Shown here: positions 19,871-29,974 of the stretch, piece after piece | How the letters are laid out: each line of letters opens with the position of its first letter | Numbering within the stretch: position 1 is the stretch's first letter | Assembly: GCA_049975265.1 (NCBI GenBank) | Contig: JBNGDF010000001.1 | Coordinates: forward strand, 154,246 to 218,245 | DNA length: 64,000 bases | Source of the DNA: Fidelibacterota bacterium | GTDB lineage: Bacteria; Fidelibacterota; UBA2242 | Reading direction: 5' to 3' | Translations under genes and position numbers: made by a program | Notes under the pieces: generated by a model | Seen by the model: only the letters and a program-made list of their open reading frames with translations | What the model was told of the DNA's origin: nothing | The model's database searches: none

Positions 19871-19919
19871 GGTAATTTTATTACCCAATCACCACAAAAA
19901 TTGTGGTGTTTTTACCACA
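19871..19919. promoter_or_regulatory. Array of palindromes, putative upstream activator sites
   Basis: GGTAAT-TTT-ATTACC (19871-19885), CACCACAA-AAA-TTGTGGTG (19890-19908), TGTGGT-N6-ACCACA (19902-19919). Confidence 0.5.
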
Positions 19920-19936
19920 GTTTCGGAGCGGAAAAA

Positions 19937-22756
19937 TTATTTCAGTAGTTTTTTAAGGAATTGACCGGTGTAGGAATGATCGATCGCGGCGATATTTTCG
20001 GGTGTGCCGGTGGCAACAATGGTTCCTCCCTGGTCACCACCTTCGGGTCCCAGATCGATGATATGGTCGGCGGTTTTAATAACATCGAGGTTATGCTCGA
20101 TCACGATGATTGTATTACCCTGATCCACCAGGCGATTCAGGACATCGAGCAATATTTTGATATCCTCGAAATGCAGACCGGTGGTCGGTTCATCCAGAAT
20201 ATAGAGCGTTTTTCCGGTTCCGACTTTGCTGAGTTCCGTCGCCAATTTGACTCGCTGGGCTTCACCGCCGGAGAGGGTTGTTGCCTGTTGTCCGAGCTTG
20301 AGATAGCCGAGCCCGACGCTATGCAGGGTCTCCAGTTTTTTGCGGAGGCGCGGAATTTTTTCAAAGAATGTCAGGGCTTCATTGACCGACATATCCAGAA
20401 CGTCGGCAATGCTTTTACCGCGATATTTAATCTCGAGGGTTTCCCGGTTGTAGCGCTTGCCTTTGCACACCTCACAGGGCACGTAGACATCGGGCAGAAA
20501 GTGCATTTCGATTTTTCGAATGCCATCACCGTTGCAGGCTTCGCAGCGACCGCCACGGACATTAAAAGAGAAGCGCCCGGCACGGTAGCCGCGAATTTTG
20601 GACTCTTTCAGTGAGCTGAACAGCTCCCGGATGATGCCGAAGGTTCCGGTGTAAGTTGCCGGATTGGAGCGGGGAGTACGTCCGATGGGATTCTGGTTGA
20701 TATCAATGACCTTGTCAATGTATTCAATTCCGCGAATGGATTCGTATTTCAGCGGGATTTGTGATGATTTGTAAAAATGCCGGTGCAGGATCGGGTAGAG
20801 GGTTTCATTGATTAAGCTACTTTTACCGGACCCGGACACGCCGGTGATGCAGATGAATTTGCCGAGAGGAAAATAGACGGTAATGTTTTTCAGATTGTTG
20901 CCCTGGGCGCCGCAGAGGCAGAGCTGTTTACCGTTGCCGGACCGCCGGTTTGGAGAATAGTGGATGTACCTTTTCCCGGATAGGTATTGCCCGGTCAGGG
21001 ATTGGTCGTTTTGCCGGATGTCATCGGGTGTGCCCTGGGCGACCACATAGCCGCCCGTTTCGCCGGCGCCGGGCCCCAGGTCGAGAATAAAATCACCCTG
21101 TTCGATGGTTTCCCGGTCGTGCTCCACCACCATTACGGTATTCCCGATGTCTCGAAGACGGGTGAGAGTATTCAGCAGGCGACCGTTGTCGCGCTGGTGC
21201 AGACCGATGCTTGGCTCGTCCAGAATATAGAGCACTCCGACAAGTTGGGAGCCAATCTGGGTGGCAAGCCGGATGCGCTGGGCTTCGCCTCCGGAAAGGG
21301 TCTGGGCGGAGCGGTCGAGGGTCAGATATTCCACACCCACATTGATCAGAAAATCGACCCGTTCGCGGATTTCTTTCAGAATCTGGTGAGCAATCAATTG
21401 TTCACTGGAGCTCAGCTCCAACTCTCTGAAGAATGTTTTTAATCCAGAGACCGGATAGGCGGTCAGTTGGCTGATCGACAGTCCGCCGACTTTGACTGCC
21501 AGACTCTCTTTTTTCAGGCGGGCACCGTTGCAGGTGTGGCAGGGACGTACACTCATAAACTGATTGATCCAGGTTCGGATTCCGATGGAATTGGTCTGGG
21601 TGTACCGGCGTTTTAAATTGTTGATAACACCCTCAAACGGTGCATTATATTGCCCCTGCATACGTTGGGAATTATAGTTCACCGTGACAGCATCCCCGGA
21701 TGTTCCATAGAGAAGCACCTGCTTTGCCTGCTCCGGAAGCCGGTAAAAAGGGGTGATAAAATCGAAATTGTATCGTTTTGCAAGCCCTTTTAGAATGGCG
21801 GAATACCAGTTGCCCCGGGGCTGCTCACCGAGGGGAATGATGGCTCCTTCCGAGAGACTCTTGCGGTCATCGGGCACTAGCAGGTCCGGATCGATTTCCA
21901 TTTGATATCCCAGCCCGTCACAGTCCGGGCAGGCGCCGTACGGGCTGTTGAAAGAGAACATCCGGGGCGAGAGCTCTTCGTAGCTGATGCCGCAGTCGGG
22001 ACAGGCAAAGTGTTCGCTGAAGATGTGTTCCGCCTCGCCGTTAACCCAGACGATGATCAGACCTGAGCCGAGATTCAGAGCCAGTTCGACGGACTCAGTG
22101 AGGCGCTCCTGGATGGAGGAGTTCACAATCAGGCGATCGACGACGACTTCGATATGGTGTTGTTTGTTTTTATCAAGCCGGATCGGCTGGTCGATATCAA
22201 ATATTTTACCGTCGATTCGTACCCGGACAAAGCCCTCCCGGCGAACCTCTTTGAAAATCTCGCGATATTCACCCTTGCGACCCCGCACCAGCGGCGCCAT
22301 GATCATAATCCGGGTATCTTCCGGAAAATTCAGAATAGCATCCACGATCTGCTGCGGTGTCTGTTTCTGGATGCGTTTGCCGCAATTGTAGCAGTAGGGA
22401 ACCCCGATCCGGGCATACAGCAGGCGTAGATGATCGTATATTTCGGTTAATGTCCCGACGGTGCTGCGGGGATTGCGGGAGGCTGCCTTTTGCTCAATGG
22501 AGATGGTGGGGCTGAGACCCTCGATAAAATCCACATCCGGTTTTTCCATGACACCGAGAAACTGGCGGGCATAGGCGGAAAGCGATTCCACGTAGCGCCG
22601 CTGTCCCTCGGCGTAGATGGTGTCAAAAGCCAGCGAGGATTTTCCCGAACCCGATAAACCGGTAATGATCACCAGTTTATCCCGGGGAATCCTGACATCG
22701 ATGTTTTTCAGATTGTGCTCACGGGCACCTTTTATAATGATATCGTGACGGCTCAT
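19937..22756 (-). CDS. uvrA: Excinuclease ABC subunit A
   Basis: Two ABC modules ([24 protein letters not shown] twice) and zinc fingers. Confidence 0.99.
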   Translation of the reverse strand: MSRHDIIIKGAREHNLKNIDVRIPRDKLVIITGLSGSGKSSLAFDTIYAEGQRRYVESLSAYARQFLGVMEKPDVDFIEGLSPTISIEQKAASRNPRSTVGTLTEIYDHLRLLYARIGVPYCYNCGKRIQKQTPQQIVDAILNFPEDTRIMIMAPLVRGRKGEYREIFKEVRREGFVRVRIDGKIFDIDQPIRLDKNKQHHIEVVVDRLIVNSSIQERLTESVELALNLGSGLIIVWVNGEAEHIFSEHFACPDCGISYEELSPRMFSFNSPYGACPDCDGLGYQMEIDPDLLVPDDRKSLSEGAIIPLGEQPRGNWYSAILKGLAKRYNFDFITPFYRLPEQAKQVLLYGTSGDAVTVNYNSQRMQGQYNAPFEGVINNLKRRYTQTNSIGIRTWINQFMSVRPCHTCNGARLKKESLAVKVGGLSISQLTAYPVSGLKTFFRELELSSSEQLIAHQILKEIRERVDFLINVGVEYLTLDRSAQTLSGGEAQRIRLATQIGSQLVGVLYILDEPSIGLHQRDNGRLLNTLTRLRDIGNTVMVVEHDRETIEQGDFILDLGPGAGETGGYVVAQGTPDDIRQNDQSLTGQYLSGKRYIHYSPNRRSGNGKQLCLCGAQGNNLKNITVYFPLGKFICITGVSGSGKSSLINETLYPILHRHFYKSSQIPLKYESIRGIEYIDKVIDINQNPIGRTPRSNPATYTGTFGIIRELFSSLKESKIRGYRAGRFSFNVRGGRCEACNGDGIRKIEMHFLPDVYVPCEVCKGKRYNRETLEIKYRGKSIADVLDMSVNEALTFFEKIPRLRKKLETLHSVGLGYLKLGQQATTLSGGEAQRVKLATELSKVGTGKTLYILDEPTTGLHFEDIKILLDVLNRLVDQGNTIIVIEHNLDVIKTADHIIDLGPEGGDQGGTIVATGTPENIAAIDHSYTGQFLKKLLK

Positions 22757-22955
22757 TTATTCATCCTGACAATCATGAAAATTACAACTAACACGGCACA
22801 ACGGAAAGATTTTTTCTCAGGTTCAATATATCATTTCTAAAGAGTTGTGGTTAAATTAGGTGAGTGGATATCAGACATTTTCAGATGTATCCAAAAATGG
22901 TCTAAGAGGATCAAACAAAATAAACCCAGGATAACATTTAGGAAGGAAATAGGAG

Positions 22956-24509
22956 ATGAGACCGGTTGCATTAATTATTCGGGATGGCTGGGGCTATAGT
23001 GAAAATCCCAAAGGGAATGCCGTAATGGCAGCCAAAACACCCAATATCGATTCCTATAAAAATAAATACCCCTGGACATTGCTGGAATGTTCCGGAGAAG
23101 CGGTCGGTTTGCCGGCGGGCTATCAGGGGTCCAGTGAGGTTGGACACCTGAACATCGGCGCCGGGCGAATCGTTATCCAGGAGTTAAAGCGCATCGATGA
23201 TGGATTGACCAACGGAACACTTTTTCAATCACCGAAGTGGCACAACCTGATTGAAAATTGGAAATCCAATAAATCCCGCCTGCATCTTCTGGGCTTGCTT
23301 CAGGACGAGGGCGTTCATGCGCACCAGGAGCATCTTTTTAAAATTATGAGGCAGGCGCGGGAAGAGTACCCCGAAGGCGAGATTATTATTCATCCCTTTC
23401 TGGACGGGCGGGACACGCCTCCCCGCAGTACACTGGAATATATTGCCAAATTGAATCGGGTGATGCAGGATGTCGGGAATTGCCGGATCGGTACGCTGAT
23501 GGGGCGCTACTATGGGATGGACCGCTCCCGCAACTGGAAATTAACCGATATCGCTTATCACTGCATTGTCAATGCCGATGGGCGCCGGGCGGAAAGTGCC
23601 GAAGAAGCCGTCAAGGAATCCTATGAAAAGGATCAGACACCCGACCATGTGGATATGTTTGATGAGTATATTCCACCCTACGTCATCGGCTCCTACGACG
23701 GGGTCCATGACGGCGATTCCGTTATGCATACCAATTATCGCCAGGACCGCGCGATTCAGCTAAGCATGGCATTTGTCGATCCAAAATACCCCGGACAGCT
23801 CCAGCGCCGACCGCAGATCGTCTATGTCGGCTTCACCCAGTACTACGATGAATTTGATAATTATCTGCTGGGTTCTATGAGCTCCGGCGGTGGTATGAAG
23901 AATCTTCTCGGTGAGGTGATTTCAAAAGCCGGTCTGAGGCAGCTGCGTATCGCGGAAACCCAGAAATTTCGACACGTCACCAGTTTTTTCAACGGCAAAT
24001 CCACCACCCCCTTTCCCAACGAGGATCAGGTGGATATTCCCAGCCGTTTTGATCCGGCGAGCTTTGCCAGCCAACCGGAGATGGATGCCTACAACGTCAC
24101 GGCGGAGGTGTTGAAACGGCTCGAACACAATCCGTATCATTTTATTGTTATTAACTATGCCAATGGTGATATGGTAGGACATACGGGTAATTTTGACGCC
24201 GCCCGCAAGGCGATTGAAATTGTCGATGAAAACGTCGGCAGAGTCGTTCAACGGCTGCTGGAGCTCGATGCCCATGTCCTGATCACCGCCGATCATGGCA
24301 ATTCTGAGCAGATGGTGGATTACGAAACCGGTATGGTAAAAACAAGCCACACCCTGAATCCGGTGGAGCTGATCTATATGGCGAAAGATTCTCCGGGAAC
24401 GAAACTAATCGAGAGAGGCAAACTCTCCGATATTGCCCCGACTGTTCTGCGGCTCATGGGTTTACAGATTCCCCCGGAAATGACGGCGGATGTTTTATTG
24501 AAAAAATAG
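22956..24509 (+). CDS. gpmI: 2,3-bisphosphoglycerate-independent phosphoglycerate mutase
   Basis: DGWG, GSSEVGHLNIGAGR, DGRDTPP, GRYYGMDR, DMVGHTG, TADHGNSE. Confidence 0.97.
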   Translation: MRPVALIIRDGWGYSENPKGNAVMAAKTPNIDSYKNKYPWTLLECSGEAVGLPAGYQGSSEVGHLNIGAGRIVIQELKRIDDGLTNGTLFQSPKWHNLIENWKSNKSRLHLLGLLQDEGVHAHQEHLFKIMRQAREEYPEGEIIIHPFLDGRDTPPRSTLEYIAKLNRVMQDVGNCRIGTLMGRYYGMDRSRNWKLTDIAYHCIVNADGRRAESAEEAVKESYEKDQTPDHVDMFDEYIPPYVIGSYDGVHDGDSVMHTNYRQDRAIQLSMAFVDPKYPGQLQRRPQIVYVGFTQYYDEFDNYLLGSMSSGGGMKNLLGEVISKAGLRQLRIAETQKFRHVTSFFNGKSTTPFPNEDQVDIPSRFDPASFASQPEMDAYNVTAEVLKRLEHNPYHFIVINYANGDMVGHTGNFDAARKAIEIVDENVGRVVQRLLELDAHVLITADHGNSEQMVDYETGMVKTSHTLNPVELIYMAKDSPGTKLIERGKLSDIAPTVLRLMGLQIPPEMTADVLLKK

Positions 24510-24541
24510 TCCGTTTCTGAAAGAATGGCGGAGTAACGGAT

Positions 24542-25255
24542 TTAATGGTCCTTCAACGGGCTCCAGACCTTCCAGACATTACCGACTAGATCGGGTCCCG
24601 GTTTCAAAACCTTTTTACCCGGCGTCCAGCCAGCAGGACAAACCTCTTTGCCCTTGGAAGCGCGGACATGCTGAAATGCCTGAATCTGGCGAATCGTCTC
24701 ACCCAGTTGACGACCGACGGGAGGAGTCATGACCTCCATCACCTGAATGATACCATCCGGATCAATAATAAACCGACCCCGTAGTTCGACGCCGGCATTC
24801 TCATCGTAGACGCCATATATTTTACCAACGTTGCCGGCTCCGTCGGATACCATGTGAAAAGGGACATCCTTTTCAGCCATTTTGGACAGTTCCTGCTCGT
24901 TCCAGACTTTGTGAACAAATTGGCTGTCAACGCTAACCGAGATAACCTCGACACCCAATTCCTGTAATGTTTGATAATTGGCAGCGACCGCTGACACTTC
25001 GGTCGCTCAGACAAAGGTGAAGTCGCCGGGATAAAAACAGAGCATTACCCATTGACCTAGAAAATCGGATAATTTGATGCTGGTAAAAGAACCCCGATAA
25101 TAGGCGGGCGCCTGAAAATCGGGAGCCTTGGTACCAACTTTGATTGAAGACATTTTCGGCTCCTCGTGTGAAATATGTTCGGGTTTACTTTCAGTGGGCG
25201 GTTCACCAACAGTGGCACCTGTCGGACGAGCACAGCCCACAGCTTCTTCTGACAT
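24542..25255 (-). CDS. prxU: Selenocysteine-containing peroxiredoxin (AhpC/Prx1 type); 237 aa with UGA read as Sec at codon 83
   Basis: The track ORFs 25007-25255 and 24542-24997 are in frame: FYPGDFTFV-TGA-ATEVSA places UGA at the peroxidatic Cys of FTFVCPTE; resolving EVCPAGW present. Confidence 0.9.
24984..25006 (-). promoter_or_regulatory. Putative SECIS-like hairpin directly 3' of the UGA
   Basis: TGA-GCGACCG-AAGTGTCAG-CGGTCGC: perfect 7-bp stem, 9-nt loop. Confidence 0.65.
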
Positions 25256-25359
25256 GATTGGATTCCTTCCGTTTGTTACGTTTTACTCCTGCCATTCTTC
25301 CAGAATTCTTCGGGCTGTCATTATTATACAAAGTAAATCGTTGAATTCCAAGTCCTATT

Positions 25360-26178
25360 CTACCGGTTGCCGGTATTGCGGTATTTTGTGAAGTACAGCA
25401 GATGATATTCCAGGGCATTTGTCCAGTAATCCCAGTTGTGCTTTCCGGGGCGCTCAATATAGTCATGGGGAATGCCCAGTTCGATCAATTTTGTGTGTAC
25501 GGTGCGATTGATTGCGATGGTGAAATCATTAATTCCGCAATCCAGCAGAATCCCCTTGTTCAATCCGACGAGGTTTTCAAGTAGGGAAATACATGAATTT
25601 TGTTGCCAAAACTTGGGATTGGATTCCGGGTCTCCGAGCAGCCGGATGAGACCGTATTTTTTACTGGAATGAGAGAGCGCCAGGGCACCACTCATGCTGC
25701 CGGCGGCTGCATACAGGTCGGGATGTTTTGCCAGCAGACTGAGGGCACCATATCCGCCCATGCTCAGACCGCAGATGAAGCGCCCCTCCGGTCCGGCGAT
25801 TGTCCGGTAGTGTTTGTCAATATAGCCAATAACCTCTTGAGAGATATAAGTCTCGTACTGTGAGTTTTTATCCAGAGGGCTGTCGAGATACCAGCCGTCA
25901 TAGCCACCATCGGGGCAGACGATGATGAGCTGATACCGTTCCACCAGCGGGCGCAGGTCCATGTGCAGCGACCAGTCCCGGAATGAGCCACTCCACCCGT
26001 GTAGCAGATAGAGAACCGGTAGAGCCGTTTTGTTTTGATGATAGGAATCGGGAATGACAATCACCGCCCTGGGCGCCTTCTCCATGGATTCGCTTTTGAT
26101 AACGACAGTATCCAGCGATGCAGCCAGCAGCTGCCGGACGAGAAACAGAGCTAAAAGGAGATATTTTATCATTTTCAT
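25360..26178 (-). CDS. Exported alpha/beta-hydrolase esterase (FrmB/XynC-like)
   Basis: Signal peptide; PVLYLLHG, GLSMGG nucleophile elbow, DCGIND, GKHNWDYW. Confidence 0.88.
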   Translation of the reverse strand: MKMIKYLLLALFLVRQLLAASLDTVVIKSESMEKAPRAVIVIPDSYHQNKTALPVLYLLHGWSGSFRDWSLHMDLRPLVERYQLIIVCPDGGYDGWYLDSPLDKNSQYETYISQEVIGYIDKHYRTIAGPEGRFICGLSMGGYGALSLLAKHPDLYAAAGSMSGALALSHSSKKYGLIRLLGDPESNPKFWQQNSCISLLENLVGLNKGILLDCGINDFTIAINRTVHTKLIELGIPHDYIERPGKHNWDYWTNALEYHLLYFTKYRNTGNR

Positions 26179-26337
26179 GGGGCGACCTTTCGAATATGCA
26201 GACAATTTTTTATGCTGATACCCTGATCAGCATAAATCAGTGGTAAAGTTAAAAAATTTTTACCATTTTGCGATAAATCATGTGCAAATTGGATTAATAA
26301 TTTTAACTTACTAACTGAAAAGAAGGAGATCATCATA

Positions 26338-27273
26338 ATGAAACGAGACATTTTATTTGGACTTTTATTCCTGCTGCCGGTGTTTGGGCTGCAGGCTCAG
26401 AGGATCGACGTCACCGGGACGGTTATCATCCCCACGGAAGAGAGCCGGTATATGGCACCGCAATTCAGTCCCGACGGTGACAAAATCCTTTTTACGGAAT
26501 TCGGCTATAAGGGTTTATGGCTTTATGATTTGAAACACAAAGCGCTGACCCAGATCAACGCCTATGCCGGTGCGGGCTATGAACCGGCATTCACGGAGGA
26601 CGGAAAGAAGGTCGTCTTTCGGGTGGATGAATACCGAAAGATGCGACGATATACCGCTCTGGCAGTTCAGACCCTTGGCGATCAGCAGGTAAAATATCTG
26701 AGTGAAAAGACCCGCCACCTGTCGCCGGTGCTTCACCTTGAGCCAAACCGGGTATTGGCGGTAGCGGAAAAGCGTATCCAGGCATACAGTCTTGAGCTAG
26801 CAAAACCGGTTCAGTCGGTTAAAAGTCATGCACCGCTTGTATACATTGAGGATCAGAATATAGCCCTGTTTCAGAATGGCGAGTTAAGGCTTCTGGCGCC
26901 TCTTGGCAAGGGCAATTATATTTGGCCTTCATTGTCGCCGGATCACAACCGGATTCTGTTCACGATTGCTGGTCGGGGAAGTTATATATCCGATCTGGAT
27001 GGAAAGATAATAGCGGAATTGGGAGTCGCCCGTGCTCCCCGCTGGTCGCCCGATGGGAAATGGGTGGTCTGCATGGTGGATGAGGATGACGGACATGTAA
27101 TCACGGCATCAGACCTCTGGGTTGTCGGTGCCGCTGGCGCGCCACGAATCCGGTTGACCCACACCACTAACCGTATCGAGATGCACCCCAACTGGTCGCC
27201 GGATATGAGCAAAATTGCCTTCGATACAGAAGATGGTCAAATCGGCTATCTGACAATTGAAATTATCAATTAA
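26338..27273 (+). CDS. Exported TolB-like (PD40-repeat) beta-propeller protein
   Basis: Signal peptide; PQFSPDG, PAFTEDG, PSLSPDH, PRWSPDG, PNWSPDM repeats. Confidence 0.85.
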   Translation: MKRDILFGLLFLLPVFGLQAQRIDVTGTVIIPTEESRYMAPQFSPDGDKILFTEFGYKGLWLYDLKHKALTQINAYAGAGYEPAFTEDGKKVVFRVDEYRKMRRYTALAVQTLGDQQVKYLSEKTRHLSPVLHLEPNRVLAVAEKRIQAYSLELAKPVQSVKSHAPLVYIEDQNIALFQNGELRLLAPLGKGNYIWPSLSPDHNRILFTIAGRGSYISDLDGKIIAELGVARAPRWSPDGKWVVCMVDEDDGHVITASDLWVVGAAGAPRIRLTHTTNRIEMHPNWSPDMSKIAFDTEDGQIGYLTIEIIN

Positions 27274-27283
27274 CGGGGTGGTG

Positions 27284-29824
27284 ATGAAGAAAAAGATATA
27301 TTTTTTGTCGATAGTGGCTTTTTTCGTGACCTCTGGATTGGGGCAGGATTTAAGCGGTCTAAAATTTTGTTTTGATCCGGGTCATGGTGGTCATGAGTCC
27401 GATGATCGCCATATGGTATTTGCCGATTTCTGGGAATCGGAATCCAATCTCAGCAAGGCATTTCAGGTAAAGGAGATTTTTGAAAATCTGGGGGCGACGG
27501 TTATTTTAACCCGTTATGCCAACAATGATGATGTGGCAGATGACCCCAGTCTCTCCGAGCGGGCGGCGATTGCCAATGCGAATAACGTGGATTTTTTTCA
27601 CTCCATTCACAGCAATGGCTGGAACGGTGAGCGAAACAGCACTTTGATATTGTATCCGGGACCGAGAAACGATCCCCGGATCAACGGACTGTCCGGCTAT
27701 CCCTCCTGTCCCATCGAATTGATCTGTGCCAATGAAATGGCAGAGCAGGTTTACTCTTCGAACCGAACCACCGGCTGGACCACTGATGGGGACTGGACGT
27801 TTTATGGAACCGGACAGCCCTATCTGGGAGTTTTTAGAACGCTAAAACTACCGGGGGTCTTATCAGAGGGTTCTTTTCATGATTATCCGCCGGAGACCTG
27901 GCGATTGAAAAACAGTTCTTACCACCGCAACGAAGCCTATGCCTTTGCCAGAACATATCTGCAGCTGTTTGACAGTACCGATTTTCAGTATGCGACTCTG
28001 GCTGGAATCGTCCGGGATGCCTTTGAAAAGGTGAGTTATTTTTCTTTGAACAGTACAAGTGATAAATACCTGCCGATCAACCATATCACGGTGACCCTCA
28101 GTCCGGGAGGGAAAGTTTATCATGGTGACGACCAGAACAACGGCTATTTTTTATTTGACAGCCTGTCCGCCGGTGACTATGAGATAATTGTTACAGCGCC
28201 TGATTATTTACCCGACACCGCCAATGTCAACATAGGCAGTAAATTTTTTAATTTTAAGGATTTTAAATTATTGAAGGACAAACCATCCTGGATCATTTCA
28301 ACGGTGCCGGCGGACGGTGATACGAACATACCGGCAGCAGACCCGGTCAGAATCCGATTCAGTTACCCGATGGATACCGCATCGGTGAGAGCAGCGATTT
28401 CTATGGTACCTGCCGTTCCGTTTGAGATTCAGTGGGGTAATGAAAACTCCCAAATGACGATTTCATCCGATAGTCTTGATTATCTGGCAGAATATACGAT
28501 CACCATTGCTGAAACCGCCTTGAATATAGTCGGTTACCAACTGGACGGAGATGGTGATGGAATTGCCGGGGGCGGCTACACATTTTCCTTTAAAACGGGC
28601 CCGGAGGATATGACAGGTCCTGTGTTGGTAACGTCGCTTCCCCGTGACAATACAATGGGGATAGAATTGTTTCCGGTTATCAATATTATGTACGATGAAA
28701 TGATAGATACAGCCTATTTTGATGAAGATATGTTTGTTCTGGTGAAAGTTGCCGACGGTGACACGATTCCTGCAACCGTTGTACATTATTACGTTAGTGA
28801 GCGCAGTACGATCACTCTTTTTCCCCTTGAAGCGCTGGAACCAGAGACGATCTACCGGGTCAAAATTAGCGCCGGACTGAGAGATATACCGGGCAATATC
28901 AGCAACGAGGATAAATCTATCCGCTTTAAAACGGGAACTGAATCGTGGATCGTCCGCAATATTGATAATTTTGAAACCGGTTTAACGAGTAACTGGAGGG
29001 ATGCAAAATTTAGTGGCAGTAATGCCGGTTTGATTGACACGGTTGTGGAGCGCAGTGAAAATTCCGAATATGTCAATTGTTTGACAAACAGCCGGAAATC
29101 CATGCGCCTGCGCTATGGCTGGGATCGCTCGGCAAATTCCTGGTTATTTCGGGAATATCTGGGGGGTGGTGTGCCGCGTAGTGTGACTTTTAATGATTCA
29201 TATCTGCTACAGGCGTATGTGTTTGGTGATGGCAGCCGGACGCTTTTCCGCTTTGCACTGGATGACAATTATCCCTCAACAGCAGCTGTCGACCATGAGG
29301 TCAGCCCCTGGTACGTAATCGACTGGATCGGCTGGAAGCTGGTCAGCTGGGATATGTCCAGTGATGGGACCGGTGTTTGGCTGGGTGATGGAAATCTTGA
29401 TGGTACCCTCCGATTTGACAGTATTCAATTAAGCTACGACCCGAACGATCCCGAGGCGGGTATGATAGGGGAAATATATGTCGATGATTTGCGGCTGGTT
29501 ACCGTATCAACCTCTGAAACTACCCCGGACAACCGACGTATTGCCGAAGAGTTTACACTGCACCAGAATTATCCTAATCCCTTTAATCCAGCGACCAATA
29601 TCGCCTTCACATTGGCAACCGCCACCGCTGTTCGGTTGGATATATATAATATCCGTGGAGAAAAGGTTCGTTCTCTGATTCAGGGCAACTATAAAAACGG
29701 ATACCATACCGTTGTCTGGAATGGTCTGAATGATGCCGGCAATATGCTTCCCAGTGGTGTTTATCTGTATCGTTTAATCACCGATAGAGGGGTTCAAGTA
29801 CGGACGATGTTGATGGTAAAATAG
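27284..29824 (+). CDS. N-acetylmuramoyl-L-alanine amidase (Amidase_3) with Ig-like modules, a carbohydrate-binding-like domain and a T9SS-type C-terminal domain
   Basis: DPGHGG, ESNL, SIHSN, LSEGSFHD; two SbsA/Ig-like repeats; LHQNYPNPFNP...PSGVYLY. Confidence 0.88.
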   Translation: MKKKIYFLSIVAFFVTSGLGQDLSGLKFCFDPGHGGHESDDRHMVFADFWESESNLSKAFQVKEIFENLGATVILTRYANNDDVADDPSLSERAAIANANNVDFFHSIHSNGWNGERNSTLILYPGPRNDPRINGLSGYPSCPIELICANEMAEQVYSSNRTTGWTTDGDWTFYGTGQPYLGVFRTLKLPGVLSEGSFHDYPPETWRLKNSSYHRNEAYAFARTYLQLFDSTDFQYATLAGIVRDAFEKVSYFSLNSTSDKYLPINHITVTLSPGGKVYHGDDQNNGYFLFDSLSAGDYEIIVTAPDYLPDTANVNIGSKFFNFKDFKLLKDKPSWIISTVPADGDTNIPAADPVRIRFSYPMDTASVRAAISMVPAVPFEIQWGNENSQMTISSDSLDYLAEYTITIAETALNIVGYQLDGDGDGIAGGGYTFSFKTGPEDMTGPVLVTSLPRDNTMGIELFPVINIMYDEMIDTAYFDEDMFVLVKVADGDTIPATVVHYYVSERSTITLFPLEALEPETIYRVKISAGLRDIPGNISNEDKSIRFKTGTESWIVRNIDNFETGLTSNWRDAKFSGSNAGLIDTVVERSENSEYVNCLTNSRKSMRLRYGWDRSANSWLFREYLGGGVPRSVTFNDSYLLQAYVFGDGSRTLFRFALDDNYPSTAAVDHEVSPWYVIDWIGWKLVSWDMSSDGTGVWLGDGNLDGTLRFDSIQLSYDPNDPEAGMIGEIYVDDLRLVTVSTSETTPDNRRIAEEFTLHQNYPNPFNPATNIAFTLATATAVRLDIYNIRGEKVRSLIQGNYKNGYHTVVWNGLNDAGNMLPSGVYLYRLITDRGVQVRTMLMVK

Positions 29825-29862
29825 ATGAGAAAGATGAACCCACCGTTTTAGCCGCAGTATTG

Positions 29863-29931
29863 ACCGTATCGGGATGCACTCCAACTGGTCACCGGACATG
29901 AGCAAAATTGCCTTTGATACAGATGATGGTC
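29863..29931 (+). pseudogene. Remnant copy of the 3' end of the TolB-like gene
   Basis: 63/69 nt identical to 27170-27238 by manual alignment; reads RIGMHSNWSPDMSKIAFDTDDG, with an in-frame stop shortly upstream. Confidence 0.85.
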
Positions 29932-29974
29932 GGGTCTCTTTGTAGAAATTGATATGAGTAAATAGGACGACGCA

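Noticed and set aside
22757..22955. Possible LexA box upstream of uvrA
   Set aside because: I found no CTGT-N8-ACAG or GAAC-N4-GTTC type palindrome; only weak, imperfect symmetry
24542..25255. Two separate small genes or a peroxiredoxin pseudogene
   Set aside because: The halves are in frame and the only stop is a UGA at the catalytic Cys position followed by a hairpin; Sec recoding explains it better
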